Source of the DNA: Octopus sinensis
Lineage: Eukaryota
Length of the DNA: 64,000 nucleotides
Direction of reading: 5' to 3'
Assembly (NCBI RefSeq): GCF_006345805.1
Contig: NC_043026.1
Span: forward strand, 12,007,579-12,071,578
Part shown: positions 46,949 through 61,367 of the stretch, one piece after another
Position numbering within the stretch: the first letter of the stretch is position 1
Layout: each line of letters starts with the position of its first letter
Translations under genes and position numbers: made by a program
Notes under the pieces: model-generated
The model's database searches: none
What the model saw: only the letters and a program-made list of their open reading frames with translations
Told to the model about the DNA's origin: nothing

Positions 46949-46990
46949 TAAGAAGAGATAAGAGATCATAAGAGAAGATATCATAAGAAA

Positions 46991-48113
46991 CTAGCAGAAT
47001 TGCCCGGCGTTGCTCGGGGCTGAATTGCTTGAAAGTACAGTTAATGATTGCACTGAATTATGATGATTATTCAGGCAAATATTGATATAAGTTTACGGCG
47101 AATGAATGTATTTGTAAGTATATAGAAAGCCGCGTAAAGGTAGAATGGTGTAAGAATTGAATGCGAGGTTGCCTTGAAAAGAGCCATGTTATTGTTCTCA
47201 TAATTGTAAGAATTTGATAGTCGTGGAAGGCAATGTAAAACGTTCGCAGGTGAATAGGGTCTCTTCATTTTCCACTAACGGCAGCGGATGTGCTGTTACA
47301 AAACTACATTTCATCATTTTCGAACACGTTAGTATTCATTTACATAGGACTCTCTTTTATGATGGCATTTACATTTTTATGCATTTCATGACATTAATTC
47401 ACACTTAACCAACACCTGTCCTTCACTCACCTCTATTTCTATCCATTCATCATCAAACCACCAGCCTCATCTTCTATATCCAACGTACATGACACATCTA
47501 CACTCTCACTGTTAAAGTTTACATAAGCGACAACAAGATCGCAACATACACTTTGGAAACTAAGCAACAGATCATTTTATACAACAACAAATTTAATCAT
47601 AACGCCCATCAATGAAAACATCTCCACCACTGTGTTGTGATTCATCTATTCAGCACCACTACAGTCTTGCCGGTCTGACATATGGTGAGTAGATGCTATT
47701 GTTCTATATTTTATAAATTACCCATATTTACTTACCCATGCTTCATTCCCCTCTTGCCTACATAGGGCATCCATTCTCTTTTAACACAGCATGAAGTTTT
47801 GTAACAGCACATCCGCTGCCGTTCGTGGAAAACGAAGAGACCCTATTCACCTGCGAACGTTTTACACCGCCTTCCACGACTAGCAAATTCTTACAATTAT
47901 GAGAACAATAACATGGCTCTTTTCAAGGCAACCTCGCATTCAATTCTTACACCATTCTACGAGGGGGTAGGAACCCCTTTACACGGCTTTTTATACATTC
48001 ATTCGCCGTAAACTTATATCAATATTTGCCTGAATAATCATCATAATTCAGTGCAATCATTAACAGTACTTTCAAGCAATTCAGCCCCGAGCATCGCCGG
48101 GCAATTCTGCTAG
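46991..48113. mobile_element. 1.1-kb foldback whose two ~320-bp inverted arms both end in a Helitron 3' terminus
   Basis: CTAGCAGAATTGCCCGGCGTTGCTCGGGGC at 46991 and GCCCCGAGCATCGCCGGGCAATTCTGCTAG ending 48113. Arms are ~46991-47310 and ~47790-48113. Confidence 0.8.
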
Positions 48114-48245
48114 TATATATATATATATATGTCATTTTCCATTCTTCCTGAGTGTCAAACTAATACACCTACTTGTTATTCCTACACCTGTCTTCGTCTT
48201 TTTTTTTCTATAAATTTGAACCACACACACACATATATATATATA

Positions 48246-49797
48246 TACTCTTTTACTTGTTTCAGTCATTTGACTGCGGCCATGCTAGAGCACCGCCTTT
48301 AGTCGAGCAAATCGACCCCAGGACTTATTCTTTGTAAGCCCAGTACTTATCCTATCGGTCTCTTTTGCCGAACCGCTAAGTGACGGGGACGTAAACACAC
48401 CAGCATCGGTTGTCAAGCAATGCTAGGGGGACAAACCCAGACACACACATATATACGACGGGCTTCTTTCAGTTTACGTCGACCAAATCCACTCACAAGG
48501 GTTTAGTCGGCCCAAGGCTATAGTAGAAGATACTTACCCAAGATGCCACGCAGTGGGACTGAACCCAGAACCTTGTGGGTGGTAAGCAAGCTACTTACCA
48601 CTCCTGCGCCTAAATATATATGCATCATATATACATCTTATTTTAAGATGAAATATTTCGTCTTACAGTTTTGTATTTATTCGTAACATAACAACTTTAC
48701 TGTGATATTGTTTACTAATATCTGAGAAAACATTTCTCAAAATTTTGTTGACCATCTCAAATATATCAACATTACTTTACTTCACCATCATCGTTTAGCG
48801 TCCGTTTTCCATGCTAGCATGGGTTGGACGGTTCTACTGGGGTCTGTGAAGCCAGAAGGCTTCATCAGGCCCAGTCAAATCTGGCAGTGTTTCTACGGCT
48901 GGATGCCCTTCCTAACGCCAACCACTCCGTGAGTGTAGTGGGTGCTTTTTACGTGCCACCCGCACAGGTGCCAGACAGAGCTGGCAAACGGCCACGAACG
49001 GATGGTGCTTTTTACGTGCCACCGGCACGAGGCCAGTCGGGGCGGCGCTGGCAACGGTCGCGAAATGGAAGGTTCTCTTACATGCCACCGGCACTGGTAA
49101 CACATCTGCAATTTCCATTGATCGATTTCGATTCTGACCCGGAAATTTGTTACGTGAAATATATATGAGTAGATGCATGGTTATACATAACATTACAAAT
49201 ATTTTGGGATCTCATCAACGTAGAGTTCTCTTTCTCTTTTTACTTGTTTCAGTCATTTTGACTGCGACCATGCTGGAGCACCGCCTTTAATCGGAGCAAC
49301 TCAACCCCGGGACTTATTCTTTGTAAGCCCAGTACTTATTCTATTGGTCTCTTTTGCCGAACCGCTAAGTGACGGGGACATAAACACACCAGCATCGGCT
49401 GTCAGGCAATGCTAGGGGAACAAACACAGACACACAAACATACAAGCACATACATATATACGACAGGCTTCTTTCAGTTTCCGTCTACCAAATCCACTCA
49501 CAAGGCTTTGGTCGGCCCGGGGCTATAGTAGAAGACACTTGCCCAAGGTGCCACGCAGTGGGACTGAACCTGGAACCATGTGGTTGGTAAGCAAGCTACT
49601 TACCACACAGCCACTCCTGCGCCTGCGTATACATATATACGACGGGCTTCTTTCAGTTTCTGTCTACCAAATCCACTCACAAGGCTTTGGTCGGCCCGAG
49701 GCTATAGTAGAAGACACTTGCCCAAGGTGCCACGCAGTGGGACTGAACCCGGAACCATGTGGTTGGTAAGCAAGCTACTTACCACACAGCCACTCCT
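48246..49797 (-). mobile_element. SINE A (48246-48612), family D (48786-49140) and SINE A with a duplicated 5' half (49228-49797)
   Basis: Direct family matches. Confidence 0.8.
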
Positions 49798-50069
49798 GAA
49801 AATATAGTAATAATGTTATCACATTAATATCTCTTCTTTCTTGGGTGAATATAGTTATGGTTATACAAGTCATTTATTGCATTGGATGAATTTTCACAAA
49901 CAGCATGTATCCTGCTAAAAGCAGTGGGGGAGCATCCATAGCCATGTGTTGAGAGGAATTCTTTGGGGTTTGAATATGCCACACAAGAAGGTACTAAAAG
50001 GGCAGCTGCCTATAAAACAATGCTTCAAAAAGGGAAGCATGATGTGTCATAGTAAGTGTTATGATTTCA

Positions 50070-50665
50070 TGAACCCTTTCGTTACTGTATTTATTTTGAG
50101 ATGCTCTGTGTTTCTTTCAATTACTTTAAATATAACAAAGAATTTAGTAAAATAATTTAGTTATCATTCAGCTGGTATTAGGAACATAAATTATAACTAA
50201 GGTTTGGTAGAAGATTTGTATTTAAAACTTATGAAAATAAGACATTTGTATCCAGAGCCAGAGCCGGTTTCAGCTGGGTTGGTATCGAAAGGGTTAAACA
50301 CACTTTTACATTTGGACAGATGGACATTAGAAGCAGTTGGAAGGGTGAGGATTTAAGGAAATTTAGGCTGTTATTTCTAGCATATAGAGTGACCTCACTG
50401 AGGTCCCTTCTCGTGTTTTCTGCTGATTATTTTTCTTCTTAACCCTTTTGTTACCATATTTCTGTTGAGATGCTCCGTGTTTCTTTCAATTACTTTAAAT
50501 ATACCAAAGAATTTAGTAAACAAACTTAGTTATCATTTAGCTAGTGTTAGGAACATAAATTGTGACTAAGGTTTGGTGGAAGTTTTTATTCAAAACTTAT
50601 GAAAATAAGACATTTGTATCCAGACCCAGAGTCGGTTTCAGCCGGGTTGGTATTGAAAGGGTTAA
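50070..50665. mobile_element. Two copies of the TTAA-flanked MITE (50074-50293 and 50443-50661)
   Basis: Same family as 13858-14309 and 27343-28077. Confidence 0.8.
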
Positions 50666-50756
50666 GTCCACAAAGCTATCATATGATTTAGCAGGGAAAA
50701 CAGTCTTCAATTGGGTTGTCGTCATAGTATTGCAAAGCATTTTGATAATGATTCCG

Positions 50757-51800
<1,044 letters not shown>

Positions 51801-52464
51801 TCACAAAAAAAAACCAACCCTTTAAAACATTCTCACAGTATTAAATACTTCCCTTCTTTTTCTTTTCATCATCATCATCATCGTTTAGCGTCCACTTTCC
51901 ATGCTAGCATGGGTTGGACGGTTCAACTGGGGTCTGTGAAGCCAGAAGGCTTCATCAGGCCGAGTCAGATCTGGCAGTGTTTCTACGGCTGGATGCCCTT
52001 CCTAACGCCAACCACTCCGTGAGTGTAGTGGGTGCTTTTTATGTGCCACCCGCACAGGTGCCAGACAGAGCTGGCAAATGGCCACGAACGGATGGTGCTT
52101 TTTATGTGCCACCGGCACGGGGGCCAGGTGTTGATTAATTTTCTTGTTCTTCTTTTTCTTTTTGTTTATTCCTCATAAACATTTCACCTGCTATCAACTC
52201 CGAGCTTCATAGATCTCTAAAGCTGCTGCAAACTCTTTTATAAATTTATTCAAGTTTTATTAGAATGCACTTGACAATGAGATGAGGTAGAGAAATGTTG
52301 TTATCAATCTCAGTTCAGAGCAAATATTTCAGTGCTTCTACCATAAACTTATAGAGGCAGGGTCATATCTGTTGTGTATAGCATCGTCTTTACATGATAA
52401 ATAATGAGGTTGTAACGATAAAGTCTTTTACACCAGTGTCATTCATTAATCTGAAACAATAAAG

Positions 52465-52668
52465 CAGTGGTTTTCAACCTTAGGGTTCCGCCAGTACAGT
52501 CCAAGGGTTCCGCAAGAAGTTACCAAAACTGCTAAAATCGGCAGTAATTTTTAATTCTCCTGTGCAGATATGTGTGCATAAGACTATTAAATTATTGCAC
52601 AGGGGTTCCTCGAGCCAGTGGAATGCTTCCTTGGGGTTCCGCTCCAGTAAAAGGTTTGAAAAGCACTG
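52465..52668. mobile_element. hAT-type MITE with an 8-bp TSD
   Basis: CAGTGGTTTTCAACC...GGTTTGAAAAGCACTG termini, with a perfect CAATAAAG at 52457-52464 and 52669-52676. Confidence 0.9.
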
Positions 52669-53892
52669 CAATAAAGAAACAGTATAAGATATAGAGGATA
52701 CATAAAAATGGAAATTTTACAGCATTTTACATTAAAATTATGCATATTCGTATACCACAGTTTCATTTTCATATTGTGTAACATAATCAATGCTAAACTA
52801 CAGAATATCATCATCATCATCATCATCGTCGTTTAACGTCCGCTTTCCATGCTAGCATGGGTTGGACGATTTTGACTGAGGGCTGGCGAACCAGATGGCT
52901 GCACCAGGCTCCAGTCTTGATCTGGCAGAGTTTCTACAGCTGGATGCCCTTCCTAACGCCAACCACTCCGAGAGTGTAGTGGGTGCTTTTTACGTGCCAC
53001 CGGCACGGGGGCCAGTCAGGCGGTACTGGCAACGACCTCGCTCAAATTTTTTTCCCTATGCCAACGGCACAGGTGCCAGTAAGGCGATGCTGGTAATGAT
53101 CCCGCTCGAATAGTGAACAATTATACTCTTCTCCTTTCAGAAACATATTTTCTTATTCTTGCTTGGTCCCAGACCAGCCACGATTGAGCAAATCCATGAT
53201 CAGAGGTATTCCATTCATGACTACCCTGTCTTTCTGTCTAGTATTGCATATCCGGGACTTCATCAGCCAAATACAGTCTTCAGTTATCAAGACTGAAAGG
53301 TGCAAAGAGAATGGAAATTGGCTGTTATTTCTAGCAGATGTGGCACCCTCAGAAAAGTGGTTGAGAACCATTTGTTTGTTTGTGCTATAAAGCTTATCTA
53401 TCATAAGGTGGCGGGCTGGCAGAATTGTTAGCATGCCAGGTAAAATGCTTGGCATTTCATCATTCTTTATGTTCGAAGTTCAAATTCTATTGAAGTCAGC
53501 TTTATCCTCTTGGGATCAATTAAGATAAATACCAGTTGATTACCGGAGGCCTAAATAAACTTATCCCCTCGTTGGATGTCAGACTTATGAAGCGCCAACA
53601 AGTTTGAATTTTTCCGAGGAGTTAATAGGATTTAAAAAATGCGTAAAATTATGAAACCATCATTTTCTGCAATTTTTTTCCCCAGAGCTTTTTCAAGAGT
53701 ACCGTGAAAAAAAAATCTGAAAAATCCTCATCAAAACGGAGAAATTCCAACTTAGTGCTAGTTCGACGTCCGCCAACCTGAACACCAAAATTGCTGGCTT
53801 TATGCCAAAATTTGAAACCAATATTTATTTACTGTTAAACATGCTTAACTTCGTAGAAATGGCAGTCAAATCTCCTTCAAATTACTTAATAC

Positions 53893-54663
53893 CTATTTCT
53901 TTATTACCCACAAGGGGCTAAACATCGTGGGGACAAACAAGGACAGACATAGGTATTAAGTCGATTACATCGACCCCCAGTGCGTAACTGGTACTTAATT
54001 TATCGACACCGAAAGGATGAAAGGCAAAGTCGACCTCGGAGGAATTTGAACGCAGAACGTAAAGACAGACGAAATACCAATTTCTTTACTACCCACAAGG
54101 GGCTAAACATAGAGGGGACAAACAAGGACAGACATAGGTATTAAGGCGATTACATCGACCCCAGTGCGTAACTGGTACCTATTTAATCGACCCCGAAAGG
54201 ATGAAAGGCAAAGTCGACCTCGGAGGAATTTGAACGCAGAACGTAAAGACAGACGAAATACCAATTTCTTTACTACCCACAAGGGGCTAAACATAGAGGG
54301 GACAAACAAGGACAGACATAGGTATTAAGGCGATTACATCGACCCCAGTGCGTAACTGGTACCTATTTAATCGACCCCGAAAGGATGAAAGGCAAAGTCG
54401 ACCTCGGAGGAATTTGAACGCAGAACGTAAAGACAGACGAAATACCAATTTCTTTACTACCCACAAGGGGCTAAACATAGAGGGGACAAACAAGGACAGA
54501 CATAGGTATTAAGTCGATTACATCGACCCCCAGTGCGTAACTGGTACTTAATTTATCGACCTCGAAAGGATGAAAGGCAAAGTCGACCTCGGCGGAATTT
54601 GAACTCAGAACATGATAGCAGACGAAATTCGGCTACGCTAACGATTCTGCCAGCTCGCCACCT
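53893..54663 (-). mobile_element. SINE B tetramer including near-identical 184-bp units
   Basis: The ORF track gives identical translations at 54103 and 54287 (offset 184). A head remnant lies at ~54630-54663. Confidence 0.88.
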
Positions 54664-55845
54664 TGATTTTACTTAATACCGTCTTCAAAACGAAATATTG
54701 GTCTTATATAGACAAAAAACAATATCATAATTGCGCTTTGATGATGTCAGTTTGACTAGGCTGCCCAGGGGCTACACAACACATAAAACACAGGTAAATA
54801 ACTATACAATTAATCTAACTTCGGATAATTTAGGAGCATGGTGAATACTATTCTTATTTTGTCTATACAATAGTCATAATAAATATGCAAAACACGAAAT
54901 AATGTAATCATATTATTCAAATTATACAGGTTACACAGTGAGGTAATAAATAATTCATCACACTGCTGTGGATCACCAACAGTAGCTGTGGTAAATAGTA
55001 AGTTCCCTGGACATTATTCTGTCAAGGACTGATAAAGCCCGTTATTCGGTTTCCAAACTAAGACCGAAATTACAGGTTCCCCCCGCAACCAGAAACCAGT
55101 CCGTCGCAACAATATGATTCTACATCATGAAAATTAATTCCCATATTTATTATTAGTCTGTCATATAACTTCACCCTCTTTGCAGTCGAATTTCGGCCAC
55201 CTTCTTGAGAAATCAACTGTTTTCAGCTATCGTCTCGTACAGGCTCTCTTATATACGTTCTGAGTTCAAATTCCGCCGAGGTCGACTTTGCCTTTCATCC
55301 TCTCGGGGTCAATAAATAAAGGACCAGTTTCGCACTGGGGTCGATGTAATCGACTTAATCCCTTTGCTTGTCCCCTCTATGTTTAGCCCCTTGTGGGTAA
55401 TAAAGAAATATACGTTCTAAGTTCAAATCCCGCCGAGGTCAACTTTGTTTTCCATCCTTGCGAAGTCGATGAAACAAAACCCAATGAAGTGTTAATGGTA
55501 TCAACTGATCCCCATACCCTGAAAATTACTGACCTTGTTCCTAAATCAGAAATCATTATCGAATGCAATAAAATTCATTCTGATGTAGATCGAGCAGCTT
55601 TCTCCGAATCATCACATGTGCGAGTGACATCTTAGTCTTAAGCAATGTAATACGGCGGCCGTGATTAGTCAGTTTCTTCGTCGGACACATCGCATTCCTA
55701 TAACGATTCCATTCATTGGCTAAATAGGACTTCTACTAAAATGTGGAAAGCAAGAAATGATAGAATTTCTTTTTATTTTTTATTTTTTAAGAGTTTAATG
55801 AAAAGCTTTCATCGAAAGGGACAATTAATATATATTGCTTATTTT

Positions 55846-56682
55846 AGGCGGCGAGCTGGCAGAATCGTTAGCACGCCGGGCGAAATGCTTAGCGGTATTT
55901 CGTCTGCCGTTACGTTGTGAGTTCAAATTCCGCCGAGGTCGACTTTGCCTTTCATCCTTTCGGGGTCGATAAATTAAGTACCAGTGAAACACTGGGGTCG
56001 ATATAATCGACTAAATCCGTTTGCCTGTCCTTGTTTGTCCTCTCTGTGTTTAGCCCCATGTGGGTAATAAAGAAATAGGTATTTCGTCAGCCGTTACACT
56101 CTGAGTTCAAATTCCGCCGAGGTCGACTTTGCCTTTCATCCTTCCGGGGTCGATAAAGTTACGCACTGTGGTCAATAAGATCGACTTAATCCGTTTGTCT
56201 GTCCTTGTTTAGCCCCTTGTGGGTAGTAAAGAAATAGGTATTTCTTCTGCCGCTACGTTCTGAGTTCAAATTCCGCCGAGGTTGACTTTGTCTTTCATCA
56301 ATCTCGGGGTCGATAAATTAAGTACCAGTTACGCACTGGGGTCAATGTAATCAACTTAATCCCTTTGTCTGTCCTTGTTTGTCCCCTCTGTGTTTAGCCC
56401 CTTGTGGGTAGTAAAGAAATAGGTATTTCGTCTGCCGTTACGTTCTGAGTTCAAATTCCGCCGAGGTCGACTGTCTTTCATCCTTCCGGGGTCGATAAAT
56501 TAAGTACCAGTTACGCACTGGTGTCGATTTAATCAACTTAATCCGTTTGTTCCTTCTGTGTTTAGGCCCTTGTGGGTAGTAAAGAAATAGGTATTTCGTC
56601 TGCCGCTACGTTCTGAGTTCAAATTCCGCCGGGGTCGACTTTGCCTTTCATCCTTCCGGGGTCGATAAATTAAGTACCAGTT
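55846..56682 (+). mobile_element. SINE B multimer (head plus four headless units, last partial)
   Basis: Junctions AAAGAAATAGGTATTT near 56070, 56230, 56415 and 56580. Confidence 0.85.
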
Positions 56683-56974
56683 TGACCGGGTCATAAAAAC
56701 AATTTAAAAAAATGGCGATCCTTCGGTATAGGTACACACGTGACTTTGTTTACATTTCTGAAGATAACATAAACCCTTTTCTCCCACCCCTAACCCTAAC
56801 CTATAAAAAAAAACAGCCTGGCGTGCTAACGTTTCAGCCTCTCTTCTTTTTGTTAGGGAGATTTTAAACACAAGGGTTACTGTTTGGGGGAGGTCTTATT
56901 TATTTACTGTTATGGATATCCCCTTTTTTTTTTTTTCTGCTGACTTGTATCATATAGTCTTTGACTCAATTCAG

Positions 56975-57372
56975 CAGGAGTGGCCCTGTGGTAAGTAGCT
57001 TGCTTACCAGCCACATGGTTCCGGGTTCAGTCCCACTGCGTGGCATCTTGGGCAAGTGTCTTCTACTATAGCCCCGGGCCGACCAATGCCTTGTGAGTGG
57101 ATTTGGTAGACGGAAACTGAAAGAAGCCTGTCGTATATATGTATATATATATTTGTGTGTGTGTATGTGTGTCTGTTTGTCCCCCTAGCATTGCTTGACA
57201 ACCGATGCTGGCGTGTTTACGTCTCCGTTACTTAGCGGTTCAGCAAAAGAGACCGATAAAATAAGTACTAGGCTCACAAAGAATAAGTCCCAGGGTCGAT
57301 TTGCTCGACTAAAAAGCGGTGCTCCAGCATGGCCGCAGTCAAATGACTGAAACAAGTAAAAGAGAGTGAAGA
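56975..57372 (+). mobile_element. Full-length SINE A
   Basis: Family match. Confidence 0.85.
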
Positions 57373-57554
57373 GAGATATTAATAACTTCACCACACACAT
57401 TCAACTCCATAATAATCCAAAGTACCTTGGATCGCAGAACAACCTGCTGTGCTTACCTTGGATCATAGGGCGACCTGCTGTGCTTGAGGAGACCTATTGA
57501 GTCAAGTACATCAACATCAAAATAAAAAAAATCAAATAGAAATTGTAGTTGTGA

Positions 57555-58505
57555 TACCTGTGCCGGTGGCACGTAAAAAGCACCAACCGATCGTGACCAC
57601 TGCCAACCTCCCCTGGCACGTAAAAAGCACCAACTGATCGTGGCCACTGCCAACATCCCCTGGCACCTGTGCCGGTGGCACGTAAAAAGCACCAACCGAT
57701 CGTGACCACTGCCAACCTCCCCTGGCACGTAAAAAGCACCAACTGATCGTGGCCACTGCCAATCTCCCCTGGCACCTGTGCCGGTGGCACGTAAAAAGCA
57801 CCAACCGATCGCGGCCACTGCCAACCTCCCCTGGCACCTGTGCTGGTGGCACGTAAAAAGCACCAACCGATCATGGCCACTGCCAATCTCCCCTGGCACC
57901 TGTGCCGGTGGCACGTAAAAAGCACCAACCGATCGTGGCCACTGCCAACCTCCCTTGGCACCTGTGCCGGTGACACGTAAAAAGCACCAACCGATCGTGG
58001 CCACTGCCAAACTCCCCTGGCATCTGTGCCGGTGGCAAGTAAAAAGCACCAACCGATCATGGCCACTGCCAATCTCCCCTGGCACCTGTGCCAGTGGCAC
58101 GTAAAAAGCACCAACTGATCGTGGCCACTGCAAAACTCCCCTGGCACCTGTGCCGGTGGCACGTAAAAAGCACCAACTGATCGTGGCCACTGCCAAACTC
58201 CCCTGGCACCTGTGCTGGCGGCAAGTAAAAAGCACCAACCGATCATGGCCACTGCCAACCTCCCCTGGCACCTGTGCCGGTGGCACGTAAAAAGCACCAA
58301 CTGATCGTGGCCACTGCCAAACTCCCCTGGCACCTGTGCTGGCGGCAAGTAAAAAGCACCAACCGATCATGGCCACTGCCAACCTCCCCTGGCACCTGTG
58401 CCGGTGGCACGTAAAAAGCACCAACTGATCGTGGCCACTGCCAAACTCCCCTGGCACCTGTGCTGGCGGCAAGTAAAAAGCACCAACCGATCGTGGCCAC
58501 TGCAC
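57555..58505. repeat. 62-bp GC-rich minisatellite (~16 units, some 47 bp) expanded from the internal part of a family D element that ends at 58683
   Basis: Unit GGCACCTGTGCCGGTGGCACGTAAAAAGCACCAACCGATCGTGGCCACTGCCAACCTCCCCT. The same motif occurs once or twice in other family D copies. Confidence 0.93.
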
Positions 58506-59415
58506 GTAAAAAGCACCCACTACACTCACGGAGTGGTTGGCGTTAGGAAAGGCATCCAGCTGTAGAAACACTGCCAAGATCAGACTGGAGGCTTGGTGCA
58601 GCCTTCCGGCTTCCCAGACCCCAGTTGAACCGTCCAACCCATGCTAGCCTGGAAAACGGACGTTAAACGATGATGATGATGATGAACATTTAACGTCTGT
58701 TTTCCATGCGGTTATGGCTTGGACAGCTCACAGGGACAGGCAAGCACAGGGCCCACACCAGGTTCCACAGTCTGTTTTGGTTTGGTTTCTGCGGCTAGAT
58801 GCCCTTCCTGATGTCAACCACTTTACAGTGTGTTGGGTGGCCTTTATGTGCCACCAGCATGGGTGCATTTACACGGCAATAGCATAAGTGCATCTTAATC
58901 TACGTAAGATGCACTCATGCTACCAAGTGCATTTAAATAAGTACCAGTTATGCACTGGGGTCGATATAATCAACTTAATCCCTTTGTCTGTCCCTTCTGT
59001 GTTTAGCCCCCTATGGGTAGTAAAGGACATGTTTGTATGTATGGATGAGTGCAATTTTATTAGCTTGATGCATCTTTCTAAGTACAGCAAATTACAACTC
59101 CCAGGCCCTTGTCAATTCCTCAGTGAGGTCCAGCATCTGAAAATACTTTCTCGTCATTTCGTTCCCATGTCTTCATGGGTTTACCCCTTCAACAGGTTCC
59201 CTTCACAACTAGAGACTGGTACTTCTTTAAGCTGTTGTCCGCATCCACATATATCCCATGATCAAACTATCACAGTCTTCTCTTGCAAACTGCACTAGTT
59301 TGGTCATGTGATGCATATCGATGAGGACCGCCTGTCGCTACGTTCTGAGTTCAAATTCCGCCAAGGTCGACTTTGCCTTTATTATGAATTGTAGAAAGAA
59401 ATTTTGCAGAATAAT

Positions 59416-59816
59416 AGGCGCAGAAGTGGCTGTGTGGTAAGTAGCTTACTAACCAACCACATGGTTCCGAGTTCAGTCCCACTGCGTGGCATCTTGGGCA
59501 AGTGTCTTCTGCTATAGCCCCGGGCCGACCAATGCCTTGTGAGTGGATTTGGTAGACGGAAACTGAAAGAAGCCTGTCGTATATATGTATATATATATAT
59601 ATGTGTGTGTGTGTTTGTGCGTCTGTGTTTGTCCCTCTAGCATTGCTTGACAATCGATGCTGGTGTGTTTACGTCCCCGTCACTTAGCGGTTCAGCAAAA
59701 GAGACCGATAGAATAAGTACTGGGCTTACAAAGAATAAGTCCTGGGGTCGATTTGCTCGACTAAAGGCGGTGCTCCAGCATGGCCGCAGTCAAATGACTG
59801 AAACAAGTAAAAGAGT
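59416..59816 (+). mobile_element. Full-length SINE A
   Basis: Family match. Confidence 0.85.
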
Positions 59817-60297
59817 AATAAGATTAAAAAACAAACAACCTGTTTTGATTAAAGATAAATTTATTCTCTGCAATCAATTTAGAAGAATGTCTTGTAGATA
59901 ATTGTTCTTAAAAGAGTTGGTCTCCACCAATCTTTTCCAGCAACAGGATTCTCGTTAGTGAACGTAAAAGATTCAAAACATCAAAATGATTTTTCATGCT
60001 CTCAACTGTCTGAGCATCAGCAGAATTAATCCTTTAGAGTTCAGATTATTCTGTCAAATGTGATGTTTGTTTATTTAAAATGGTTTGAATTAATCATGCA
60101 TTATCTTGTAATTTAGAAATTTCAGTGATGTGATTTTTTAGTTTTAGAATGACATTGTAGGGCTGAGGTGAGAGGTGAGATCTGGTAGGTTTCAATATAA
60201 AACAGGCTAAATATTTTGGCCAGATATGGCTAAAGGGTTAATCCATTGTCATAATTTTATACATTTATAAAGAACACTCTATCAAACTGATATGAGA

Positions 60298-60860
60298 CAT
60301 CATCATCATCATTGTTTGACTGTGGTCGAGACAATGGAATTTACCATGCTACGCCAGACTTCACGGTCCATCATGGCATTACGGAGGTCCCTGGAGATTA
60401 CATCAGGGTAGGAAAGTGTAGCCCTCTGGTATTGCGAGTAAATGGCTTCCAGAGGAGAAGAGTAGAAATTACTTCTTTTTTCAGCTCTACAACAATGTCC
60501 AGCAAACTGGACTCTCCCACCTTTCACAAGAGATGACACAGGTGGTACTTTCCCATATATTTGCATTTTGGTTGGATGGCGCTTCCACGAGAGATTTTGA
60601 GCTCTCATAAGGAGGCGAGTGTAGGTTCCATCCAACCGCCTCTCAAGCTTCTTTGATAACGTCCAGGTTTCTGAGCCATATAGTAGTATTGGTTCGACTG
60701 TGGCTTTGAATATTTCAAGTTTGAAGTCTCTACTTAGATTTGATGACCAGATCTTATGCATGTCATTACAGGCTGACCAGGCCATACCCTTTCTAGTTAG
60801 AAAGTCTTTCCCAGATGATGATATGCATGACCCAAGATATTTGTAATCAGAAACCATATT
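60298..60860 (-). mobile_element. RTE-clade LINE, 5'-truncated 3' end
   Basis: ORF 60309-60857 contains DYKYLGSCI, IFKATVEPILLYGSETWTL, LDGTYTRLLMRAQNLSW and QFAGHCCR. (TGA)n tail. Confidence 0.9.
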
Positions 60861-61367
60861 TAGTCAGACTTTATGGGTGTCAGCATGAATTCAGTGGCTT
60901 TGAGCTGCAGAATATGTTGAAGCAGAAAAAGAAAAAAATGGACATTAAATGATCATATTCTCTGCAATGTGATACAAATAAATCTGAGGATCCAGTCTTT
61001 GATATTACCAAATTCAAAAGCTAGGCAAGGGGAGAGAAATGTTAGCATCTGCTGCAAGTTTAGAAAGTTAAGCAATCTTTCAGTTTAGGAACATAAAACG
61101 GCTGCCTTACACGAGTGAAAGTGCATTAGATGCTTGTGTACCACAACAGAAGCATTTCTTCCCTGATGTAAGGCAGAACCTAGAAAGATGTGATGATTTT
61201 ATCGTTGCTATAATAATTAACCCAGCTTCACTCATTTGTTGTTTGATCAACTTTATTTGATGACAGTCACTGTTAGTGGTGTATTAGAACTTGGCTGCAT
61301 TTTTGATCCAAGAGGAAACATTAGCTCCAACTACATTGTGGGTAGTAAAGAAATTATATATATAACA

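Noticed and set aside
55600-55740. CpG-containing stretch with an ATTGG box, a possible promoter for the 50757-51800 gene
   Set aside because: Motif evidence alone is too weak and the site is 4 kb from the ORF.
57453-58637. 394-aa, 284-aa and 106-aa ORFs with WQWPRSVGAFYVPP repeats
   Set aside because: All three minus frames are open because the 62-bp repeat unit lacks stops on that strand. There is no protein-like conservation pattern.
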